From contig PCYI01000001.1 in the NCBI GenBank assembly GCA_002774795.1, forward strand, positions 12,116 to 58,604: a stretch of DNA of 46,489 nt, given 5' to 3'. The notes beneath the pieces were generated by a model that did not search any database, was not told where the DNA came from, and was given only the letters and a program-made list of their open reading frames with translations. Made by a program: the position numbers and the translations under genes. Positions 37,614-44,930 of this stretch are shown here, one piece after another. Every line of letters begins with the position of its first letter. Positions within the stretch are counted from its first letter, which is position 1. This DNA is from Candidatus Vogelbacteria bacterium CG10_big_fil_rev_8_21_14_0_10_51_16 (GTDB lineage Bacteria > Patescibacteriota > Minisyncoccia > Phycocordibacterales > JACRKE01).

Positions 37614-37660
37614 TTTGGAGTTTTGTGTTTTGTGCTTTGTGCTTTGTGCTTTGTGTTTTA
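37614..37660. repeat. Family B fragment (TTTGGAGTTTTGTG plus (CTTTGTG)n) upstream of thrS
   Basis: tttggagttttgtgttttgtgctttgtgctttgtgctttgtgtttt. Confidence 0.6.
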
Positions 37661-37703
37661 ATACCCTATCGTGCTTTACTACTCATCATACAAAAGCATT
37701 ATT

Positions 37704-39473
37704 ATGAAAAAAGAAGACTCTGACCATCTAGACCATATCCGCCACACTCTCGCCCACCTCTTGGCTTGGGCAGTGCAAGAACGCGACCCGTCGGTCGAGC
37801 TCGCCATCGGGCCCACCGTCGAGCATGGCTTCTACTACGACATGCTTCTCTCGACTCCCCTTTCGGCCGACGACCTGCCCGCCCTCGAAAAGCGCGTGCG
37901 TGCGCTAGCGAAGGAAGGCCACACCATGACAGGCCGAGAAGTGTCCTACGAGGAGGCCAGGGAGCTTTTCAAAAGCTCCCCTTTCAAGCTCGAGATGATT
38001 GATGAGCTGCATGAAAAGGGCGAGAAGCTGACCGCCTACACTCTGGGAGACCCCACAAGCGCGCACCACTTCACAGACCTCTGCCGTGGCGGACACGTGG
38101 AAAACACCAAGGAGATTCCCGCCGATGCTTTTAAGCTCGACAAGCTGGCCGGGGCCTACTGGCGCGGGAGCGAGAAGAACCCCATGCTTACTCGCGTCTA
38201 CGGGCTCGCCTTCGCCACCAAAGTGGAGCTCGACGAACACCTAGCAATGCTCGAAGAGGCCCAGAAGCGCGACCACCGCAAAATCGGCCGTGAGCAGGAC
38301 CTCTTTGTGTTTTCAGACTTAGTCGGCTCCGGTATGCCCCTCTTTACGCCACGCGGGGCCACCGTACGTGGCGAGATTGTGCGCTACTCGCGCGAAATGA
38401 ACGACCGTCTCGGCTTTGGCGAAGTGCACACACCCAACATAAACAAGGGTGAGCTATTCAAAATCTCCGGCCACTACGACAAGTACAAAGACGACATGCT
38501 CGCGGTCTCCTCCCAGTATGTGGGCGACGAGATGTTTTTAAAGCCGATGAACTGCCCCCAGCACACCCAGATTTACGACTCTCAACCGCGTAGCTACCGC
38601 GACCTCCCGATTCGTTACGCCGACTTTGCCAACCTTTACCGCGACGAACGCCCAGGTGAGCTCTCCGGCCTCGCTCGCCTGCGCTGTTTTGTCCAAGACG
38701 ACGGCCACATCTTCTGCCGAGAAGACCAGATCGAGGGGGAAATCGGCAACGTCCTCGCGGTCATCAAGGAGGTGCTCGCCACCTACAAAATCGGCTACTG
38801 GATGCGCCTCTCTCTCCGTGACCCAGAGCAAAAAGAAAAGTACCTTGGTGGTGACGAAGTGTGGGAACGCTCGGAGCCTATTTTGCGAAAGCTCCTCACC
38901 GAGCAGGAAATCGAATTCACGGAAGCCGTCGGCGAGGCCGCCTTCTACGGCCCGAAGATTGACATCATGGCGGTGGACGCCCTCAAACGTGAGTGGCAGG
39001 TGTCTACCATCCAGCTCGACTTCAACATGCCCGGGCGCTTCGGCCTTGAGTACACAGACGCGGACGGGGCGAAGAAAACCCCCGTGATGATTCACCGCGC
39101 TCTGGTGGGTTCGCCCGAGCGCTTCCTTGGTATTTTAATCGAACACTACGCCGGCGCCTTCCCTACTTGGCTCGCGCCGGTGCAGGTCGCTATATTGCCC
39201 ATATCCGAGAAGCATCTTGAATACGCCAAGCAGGTGGCGCATTCGCTCAAATCTGCCGACATCCGCGTTGAACTCGACGCCGCTAATGAGTCCCTCGGCA
39301 AAAAAATCCGCAATGCCAAGATGCAAAAAATCCCCTACTTCCTCGTCCTCGGCGACAAAGAGATGGGGGCGAATGCGGTCGGCGTGGAATCGCGAGACAA
39401 GGGCCAGCTGGGGGCGATGAAATTAGAGCAGTTTGTCGACCAACTCGCGGACGAGATTAGAAATAGAAAATAG
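37704..39473 (+). CDS. thrS: Threonine--tRNA ligase (no N-terminal TGS domain)
   Basis: Editing-domain HxxxH (IRHTLAHLLA), RDHRKIGREQDLF, and class II motif 3 region HRALVGSPERF. ATG at 37704. Confidence 0.93.
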   Translation: MKKEDSDHLDHIRHTLAHLLAWAVQERDPSVELAIGPTVEHGFYYDMLLSTPLSADDLPALEKRVRALAKEGHTMTGREVSYEEARELFKSSPFKLEMIDELHEKGEKLTAYTLGDPTSAHHFTDLCRGGHVENTKEIPADAFKLDKLAGAYWRGSEKNPMLTRVYGLAFATKVELDEHLAMLEEAQKRDHRKIGREQDLFVFSDLVGSGMPLFTPRGATVRGEIVRYSREMNDRLGFGEVHTPNINKGELFKISGHYDKYKDDMLAVSSQYVGDEMFLKPMNCPQHTQIYDSQPRSYRDLPIRYADFANLYRDERPGELSGLARLRCFVQDDGHIFCREDQIEGEIGNVLAVIKEVLATYKIGYWMRLSLRDPEQKEKYLGGDEVWERSEPILRKLLTEQEIEFTEAVGEAAFYGPKIDIMAVDALKREWQVSTIQLDFNMPGRFGLEYTDADGAKKTPVMIHRALVGSPERFLGILIEHYAGAFPTWLAPVQVAILPISEKHLEYAKQVAHSLKSADIRVELDAANESLGKKIRNAKMQKIPYFLVLGDKEMGANAVGVESRDKGQLGAMKLEQFVDQLADEIRNRK

Positions 39474-39483
39474 CACTAAAAAA

Positions 39484-40203
39484 ATGAACCCACCCAAACA
39501 AGGTTCTGTGAATATCTTGATCTCCGTCGTAATTGTCCTACTGCTTATTGGTACTGGTCTCTATTACAAGAACAGCAAAGGAAAGTACCTCCCTGAACAA
39601 ATTATCGCGACAGAGAACGCGCAAACATACAGAGAGTTGAGTGGAGAACAGGAAAACAACACCGTCCAACCTAAAATAGAAAAAAACATGGATGCCCGTA
39701 CTCCGGTTTCTGATGAAAAAATCGAGTTAGCTCTTAGAGAATACACGCGCGCGCATCAAGTAGACGTATACTCGACGTGTTATGAAGGTGAATTTGGCCG
39801 CAAAGATACGTCGGGTGCCATAATGAATGAGGATTGGAAACCTGTTTATTTTAGCTCTACTTATTTTGACTTCGATAAAGATGGTGTTGATGAAATTATC
39901 GTCTCAGGTGAGGCGTGTACCTCTGGTACTGACATTAATCATGTTGATGCTGTGTTCAAGCTGGACAATGACGGTTCTCTCGTAAGCATACCCTTCGAAA
40001 CAAATCAGGTTGACGAAGCAAATCTCCGAGCGCTAAGCCCAGAATATGTAGGGCAAAGATTGGGAGATATAGGCAATAGTATCATCCATACCTATAGTTA
40101 CCACAAGCCAGGCGACGTGGGTGATGATGGCACAGGGCGTGTCAGGATTAGCTATGTGTATGGAAATGGGAAGTTTGTATCTCAAGCGGTAATGCAAAAT
40201 TAA
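39484..40203 (+). CDS. Hypothetical membrane-anchored protein
   Basis: ATG 39484 (MNPPKQ). One TM helix (VNILISVVIVLLLIGTGLYY). Extracytoplasmic domain with FDFDKDGVDEIIVSG. Confidence 0.5.
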   Translation: MNPPKQGSVNILISVVIVLLLIGTGLYYKNSKGKYLPEQIIATENAQTYRELSGEQENNTVQPKIEKNMDARTPVSDEKIELALREYTRAHQVDVYSTCYEGEFGRKDTSGAIMNEDWKPVYFSSTYFDFDKDGVDEIIVSGEACTSGTDINHVDAVFKLDNDGSLVSIPFETNQVDEANLRALSPEYVGQRLGDIGNSIIHTYSYHKPGDVGDDGTGRVRISYVYGNGKFVSQAVMQN

Positions 40204-40226
40204 TACTCCTGCCTGGGCATACCTCC

Positions 40227-40346
40227 ATGAGTTCCGAAGACTTCTACAAATCCCTCCCCGCCCTCGAAAACTTCGGTGACGTGGCGGACTTTTCGCGGTA
40301 TGTGCCGGCGCCGAACGAGGTAGTTAAATGTATCTGGCACCCTTAA
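40227..40346 (+). pseudogene. Relic 5-prime fragment of a DUF3095-type gene (39 codons, then stop)
   Basis: 40227-40312 aligns with 41075-41160, about 75 of 86 positions identical by eye. Translation MSSEDFYKSLPALENFGDVADFSRYVPAP then diverges. Confidence 0.7.
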
Positions 40347-40366
40347 CCTATAGGAGTCGCACACTG

Positions 40367-40395
40367 TTGCATTTAATTTGTACAAAATGTACACT
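40367..40395 (+). promoter_or_regulatory. Putative TA promoter TTGCAT-17-TACACT overlapped by two TGTACA palindromes (operator-like)
   Basis: The -10 box ends 3-6 nt before the ATGATG start, suggesting a leaderless or near-leaderless mRNA. TGTACA sits at 40379-40384 and 40388-40393. Confidence 0.4.
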
Positions 40396-40398
40396 ACT

Positions 40399-40650
40399 AT
40401 GATGAAAACCATCTCTACCACAGAGGCGCGTAAAAACTTGAGTGAACTTGTTTACGAGGTACAACGTACCGGCTCCACGGTGGGTATTATGCGTCACGGA
40501 AAATTGGAGGCCTACCTGTCCCCGGCCCCGACGTGGAACGAGGAGCTTTCAGATACCACTAATATGGTAACCATGGGAGGCGCTTTTGATTTTCTCCACG
40601 AGGAACCGGACAGATACACAGACGCGGACCTTATCGAACGCTATGCATAA
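40399..40650 (+). CDS. Type II antitoxin, Phd/YefM family
   Basis: MKTISTTEARKNLSELVYEVQRTGSTVGIMRHGK. The stop overlaps the toxin start (ATGCATAA). Confidence 0.8.
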   Translation: MMKTISTTEARKNLSELVYEVQRTGSTVGIMRHGKLEAYLSPAPTWNEELSDTTNMVTMGGAFDFLHEEPDRYTDADLIERYA

Positions 40651-40987
40651 GCAACCGCCCATGGGCACTGTAGTCTTGCTCCGTTTCCCTTTCACCGACC
40701 TGTCGGGAGCCAAGAGGCGACCGGCAGTGGTTGTCGGCCATGCCCACGGAGGAGACCTGGTGGTCGCGTGCGTGAGTTCTAAATATGAAACATGCGGTCC
40801 CTATGATGTTATAACAAAACAAGAAGAAAGCTCCTTTGCTCAAACCGGCCTTCACGCTACTTCTGTAATATGTGTCGATAAATTAGCCACTCTGCAACCT
40901 ACGATTGCCACCGGTAAACTTGGGGTTGTTTCCAGTAAACACTTTATAGAGATAAAGAAAAAGCTAAAAATGTTGTTCCGACTTTAG
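40643..40987 (+). CDS. Type II toxin, PemK/MazF-like
   Basis: GTVVLLRFPFTDLSGAKRRPAVVV...SVICVDKLATL. 114 aa. Confidence 0.75.
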   Translation: MHKQPPMGTVVLLRFPFTDLSGAKRRPAVVVGHAHGGDLVVACVSSKYETCGPYDVITKQEESSFAQTGLHATSVICVDKLATLQPTIATGKLGVVSSKHFIEIKKKLKMLFRL

Positions 40988-40990
40988 ACA

Positions 40991-41015
40991 AGAAAATGTA
41001 CAGTGTACTTTTTCT
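40991..41015 (+). terminator. Hairpin AGAAAATGTAC-agt-GTACTTTTTCT after the toxin gene
   Basis: 11-bp stem with one mismatch and a T-rich 3-prime arm. Shares the AAAATGTAC motif with family E. Confidence 0.4.
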
Positions 41016-41045
41016 AAAAATACCTGATATACTTTCTCTGCATAA

Positions 41046-41074
41046 CTACTGCCCACTGCCTACTCCATACTGCC
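41046..41074 (+). repeat. Four CTACTGC-type heptamers abutting the DUF3095 start codon
   Basis: ctactgc ccactgc ctactcc atactgc c ATG. Confidence 0.7.
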
Positions 41075-42262
41075 ATGAATCCCGAAGACTTCTACAAATC
41101 CATCCCCGCTCTTGAAAAGTTCGCTGATGTAGCGGATTTTTCGAGGTATGTGCCGGCGCCAGACGACTGGTATGTGGTGGTGACCGATATTAAGGGCTCT
41201 ACTAAAGCGGTGGAGGCGGGAAAGTATAAAGAGGTGAACGCCGTGGGAGCGGCCTCCATCATCGCTGTCTTAAACGTGGCCAAGGAGGTGGACATCCCTT
41301 TTGTTTTCGGCGGAGACGGCGCCACCATGCTCATCCCGCCTACCCTTGTCGAAGCCACCAAAGGGGCGCTCGCCGCCGCCCGCGAACTCTCCCTCGACTA
41401 CTTCGAGCTTGAGCTACGAGTAGGGCTTGTGCCACTTACAAAGATTCCCCCCGAAAGTAAAATCCGCGTAGCCAAGTTTCGGGCTTCGCCCCACTACCAT
41501 CAAGCCATGTTTGCCGGAAACGGCGTGGTGATAGCCGAGAAACTCATTAAAGACCCGGCTACAAACACCCTGTACGAGGTGCCGGCCGACCACCCAAGCA
41601 GTGGGCAGTTTAGAGGTTTTGAGTGCCGTTGGAATGATATCGCCTCCCCGCACGGCGAGACGGTGGCGCTTTTGGTAAAAGTGGTTGCCGGCGACATCAA
41701 AGAGCGGGCCGCGCGTTACTGCGATATCCTCGCCGAGATCGAGCGTATCTACGGCAGTGAAGCCGACTACCACCCCATTACCGTCAAACATCTCACCCTT
41801 GTTACCCAACCGCCAAAACTAAACACTGAGACCTACATCCGCGCTGGGCGCAAAAGTGGCCGCAAAGGAGATCTTGAGCGCTTTTGGTATCGCACTAAAA
41901 TTTGGCTCACCGACCTTTATGTCAATCTCGCCATGCGCACTCCTTTCAGTAAAAACGACTTTAATTTGTCCGTTTACAAAAATCTGCTTGTGGCCACCTG
42001 CGACTTCCGTAAGTACGACGATGCCCTGCGCATGATTCTTGCCGGTACCCCCGCGCAACGCCGCGAGCTCGAAGAGTATCTAGAAGAGCTCCACCGTGAT
42101 GGCACGCTCGCTTACGGCACCTTCGCTACCGACCGGGCCCTCATGACCTGTCTCGTCTTCGAGCGCTATGGTAAACAGGTGCACTTCATAGACGGCGCCG
42201 ATGGTGGCTACACGCGAGCTTCAAAGCCATTTAAGGAAAGACTAAAAAAGCTGTCGGCATAA
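41075..42262 (+). CDS. DUF3095-family protein (N-terminal nucleotidyl-cyclase-like region)
   Basis: WYVVVTDIKGSTKAVEAGKYKEVNAVGAASIIAVLN...FVFGGDGATMLIP. The family assignment is from memory, not from a search. Confidence 0.5.
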   Translation: MNPEDFYKSIPALEKFADVADFSRYVPAPDDWYVVVTDIKGSTKAVEAGKYKEVNAVGAASIIAVLNVAKEVDIPFVFGGDGATMLIPPTLVEATKGALAAARELSLDYFELELRVGLVPLTKIPPESKIRVAKFRASPHYHQAMFAGNGVVIAEKLIKDPATNTLYEVPADHPSSGQFRGFECRWNDIASPHGETVALLVKVVAGDIKERAARYCDILAEIERIYGSEADYHPITVKHLTLVTQPPKLNTETYIRAGRKSGRKGDLERFWYRTKIWLTDLYVNLAMRTPFSKNDFNLSVYKNLLVATCDFRKYDDALRMILAGTPAQRRELEEYLEELHRDGTLAYGTFATDRALMTCLVFERYGKQVHFIDGADGGYTRASKPFKERLKKLSA

Positions 42263-42263
42263 T

Positions 42264-42779
42264 CTATTTTTGAGGATGCAGTTCCACGGGCAAAAGTTTC
42301 GGCCAGCGAACCTCAATCAGACCGTCCAACTGTCTAATGAGGGCGGGAATGTCTGAGAGATTCCACACCTGCTGAAAAGGGACACCGGCCCTTTTCGTTT
42401 TTTTCCAGAAAACCGCGGCCTCGCCTTTTCTTTTTAAAATGTCTGTAACTCGGTCTCCCCTGTCTACCATCAAGGCCACTCGCTCCCCCTCCGGCTTTGG
42501 GTGGATATAGACATACATCTTATCAACCCCGTCTGCAACCTCTTCAAAGCGCTTAATGCCGTCGGGGACTAGAATAATAATCCAAAGTTTTTTAGAGCCA
42601 AAGGCCAGTTTCAATTCCGAATGCCGGCTCGCGTACTCATTCCCTCCGAACGATTCTCGCCAGGCCAAGTCGCCCTCTTTCTGCCAGTGATTTATCTCTC
42701 GCACCGAAACATTGTGACGATAGTAGGTCGTCTTGGGATTTTCATTTGGCCTAATCGCTCTAGTAGTGTTGCTTGGCAC
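42264..42779 (-). CDS. gmk: Guanylate-kinase-like P-loop protein. The coordinates give the minimal ORF. The frame stays open to 42875 and encodes the P-loop upstream of this start.
   Basis: In-frame upstream GPSGSGKDT (42845-42819), then NTTRAIRPNE and GGNEYA, resembling Gmk motifs. There is no ATG/GTG/TTG between the upstream TAG and the P-loop. Confidence 0.5.
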   Translation of the reverse strand: MPSNTTRAIRPNENPKTTYYRHNVSVREINHWQKEGDLAWRESFGGNEYASRHSELKLAFGSKKLWIIILVPDGIKRFEEVADGVDKMYVYIHPKPEGERVALMVDRGDRVTDILKRKGEAAVFWKKTKRAGVPFQQVWNLSDIPALIRQLDGLIEVRWPKLLPVELHPQK

Positions 42780-42875
42780 GGCTTTAACACCATACCTTCT
42801 GCGGTAGTACTCCGTGATAGTATCTTTTCCTGACCCGGAAGGGCCGATTAAGACAAGGACTGCCGTGACGCATTT

Positions 42876-43625
42876 CTACCACTTGCCCGTCAGCAAGACT
42901 ACCCGCTTACGTGAGAGAAATCTTGCAAACAAAAGCATGACCTTATTCTTCCAATTAGCGACCACGGTCGGCTTTGCCCGTCGCTCTATGGCAGTAAGGG
43001 CCTCATCCACCACCTCCTCCGCTGACTGAGTGAGCCACGCTGACGGTTGCTCATGGGGCGCGCCGCCGGCCGCGACATGGAAGTTTGACGCGGTTACACC
43101 CGGACAAAGAGCCTGCACATACACCCCACGTCCCTTTTGCTCATACCAAAGCGCCTCAGAAAAGGAAAGAACGAAGGCCTTGCTGGCCGCGTATACAGCC
43201 CCCGTCGGATACGGTAGCAGGCCAAGAATCGACGCGACGTTTAAAAGGGCGTCTCCCCTTTCGGCATGTCTAAGGAAAGCATGTGAAAGAGCCACAACAG
43301 AGCTTATGTTTAAACTGACAACATTTTCTGCTCTAGTGATCTCCGCCTCGGCAAATGGCTCATACCATCCGGCCCCAGCATTATTGACAAGGAGCGTATA
43401 ATGCTCGCTTGCGAAGAGAGTGGCAATGCGTTCCACGTCTTCTCCCTTGGTAAGGTCGGCTACTTCGTGACGATGCCCTTCCCCCACCAGAGAAGCGGTA
43501 AGCGCTTGGAGTTTCTCCTCGCTCCGCGCGACGGCTGTCACCGTGTAGCCGTCGCGCGCGAGGGCTCGCGCGAACGCCTCCCCGATTCCTCCGCTAGCCC
43601 CTGTCACCAAAGCCTTTTTCTTCAT
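42876..43625 (-). CDS. Short-chain dehydrogenase/reductase (SDR)
   Basis: TGASGGIG cofactor motif, NNAG, and catalytic YAASKAF. Start at MKKKALVTG (43625). Confidence 0.88.
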   Translation of the reverse strand: MKKKALVTGASGGIGEAFARALARDGYTVTAVARSEEKLQALTASLVGEGHRHEVADLTKGEDVERIATLFASEHYTLLVNNAGAGWYEPFAEAEITRAENVVSLNISSVVALSHAFLRHAERGDALLNVASILGLLPYPTGAVYAASKAFVLSFSEALWYEQKGRGVYVQALCPGVTASNFHVAAGGAPHEQPSAWLTQSAEEVVDEALTAIERRAKPTVVANWKNKVMLLFARFLSRKRVVLLTGKW

Positions 43626-43715
43626 TTTGCTAGTATACCCCGACACCAAAATAGATTCAAACACACAACCACGACCCTCTGTCTTCACACAAGAAATCTA
43701 AACTCCTTAATTGTT

Positions 43716-43867
43716 TAGGACTTACGTAGAATGGCGTCTTTGCGAGGTACTCCGAAGCCTGCCTGCGGTAGGCAGGCAATCCAAAATTTGTGAGGCCTGA
43801 TAATAATCCTGGATTGCTTCGTGTGGGGCGCTCGCGATGACGAAACTGGTTTTTTACATAAGTCCTA
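43716..43867. repeat. About 150-bp branched palindromic element (outer stem TAGGACTTACGTA / TACATAAGTCCTA)
   Basis: Nested pairs CGTCTTTGCGAG / CTCGCGATGACG, plus internal hairpins CCTGCCT-gcggt-AGGCAGG and CAATCCA...TGGATTG. Single copy in the window. Confidence 0.6.
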
Positions 43868-43932
43868 TTGTTAATAGATTTGGTGTGGGGGTATAACGAG
43901 CAAAACTAAAGAGAGCAAACGTCTCTCTAAAT

Positions 43933-44106
43933 CTTTGAGTTACGAAATGTGAGTTTTTCCCTCCCCTGGTCAGGGAAGGAGTTCCTCCCTCTCCTGCCCG
44001 AGGAGAGGGTTGGGGTGGGGTGGGAGGGGTGGGGTAGCTTTAGAGCCATACTACCCCCTCCCAACCTCCCCCTGGCCAGGGGGAGGGGCAATTTCGAAAT
44101 TCACAG
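43933..44106. mobile_element. Full-length (174 bp) family A MITE flanked by a perfect 7-bp target-site duplication TCTAAAT
   Basis: TCTAAAT at 43926-43932 and at 44107-44113. Terminal repeats are CTTTGAGTTACGAAAT and AATTTCGAAATTCACAG. There are three internal GC palindromes. Confidence 0.85.
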
Positions 44107-44107
44107 T

Positions 44108-44824
44108 CTAAATAGAACCTGCGGAAATTATCCGCTCGGCGTAGACTGCCACTCTTTTGCCATATGTCTTTTCGTCTCTAATCCAATCGCCACCACAGGT
44201 GATGAGCACCAGTTCTTCTTTTCCTTCTGTGCGGAAGATGCGAGCGAGAGGGACGGCATCGTGAGAATAGTGAGCGACTTCGCGAACGACGTAAGAAAAA
44301 TCCTCGCCGGCGTAGTTCGTAATTATAATAAAGTCACCAATGGCAAGATCGTCCAGATGGTAAAATACAGCCGGTAATGCAAGACTATTGTCTAAATGGC
44401 CCGCAAATACTACCGTGCCCGGTTCGCCCGGGGCCGCTCCCCCCTTGTACCAAGCGACATCACGATAAATCCGGCGACCGGAGGGCGTGCCCATATCCCC
44501 AGATGCCGTCAGCCCCACTCTTTGCACATTGGTCTCTATTTTCAGAGCTGGAATAGCTAGTCGGACCGGTGTCTCGTCTGCCGGTGGAGGAGGCGGAGGA
44601 GTAGGTGGCGCAGGAATCTTTTTCTCAGCTCGGCTCGCCACATCCTCTCCGCCAGCAATCGCCTCTCGTAAAGTAGCGACGAAACCGGTCCGCGGGAGAG
44701 TGTATGTAGCTGTCTCTGTGATTACGGCCACCGCCCCTGGGTTCGCGTTTAAAACAGAGCGTCCGAAAGCCGCCAATGAAATACCGACAATGAGGAAACC
44801 TGTGGCGAGGAGTATCTTTTTCAT
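44108..44824 (-). CDS. Sortase (class F-like)
   Basis: N-terminal TM. VVFAGHLD (His), LVLITCGG (Cys), RVAVYAERI (Arg). Confidence 0.8.
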   Translation of the reverse strand: MKKILLATGFLIVGISLAAFGRSVLNANPGAVAVITETATYTLPRTGFVATLREAIAGGEDVASRAEKKIPAPPTPPPPPPADETPVRLAIPALKIETNVQRVGLTASGDMGTPSGRRIYRDVAWYKGGAAPGEPGTVVFAGHLDNSLALPAVFYHLDDLAIGDFIIITNYAGEDFSYVVREVAHYSHDAVPLARIFRTEGKEELVLITCGGDWIRDEKTYGKRVAVYAERIISAGSI

Positions 44825-44883
44825 GTTAGCAAAGTAAGCTATGTAAAAACTTAGAGGAAAATGCGTGAGACAGTTCTTCCCAC

Positions 44884-44909
44884 GAAACCCCGCTCAGTGG
44901 CGGGGTTTC
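44884..44909 (-). terminator. Hairpin GAAACCCCGC-nnnnnn-GCGGGGTTTC between the surface-protein gene and the sortase gene
   Basis: 10-bp perfect stem with no T-run. It may attenuate rather than terminate. Confidence 0.35.
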
Positions 44910-44930
44910 ATTAGGTCGCGTTAGTCATCT

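Noticed and set aside
42876-42878. Alternative genetic code (TAG sense codon) for the whole genome
   Set aside because: All long housekeeping ORFs in the window are intact under the standard code. TAG terminates several well-delimited genes (methyltransferase, rnhB, sortase). The single in-frame TAG junction is better explained locally.
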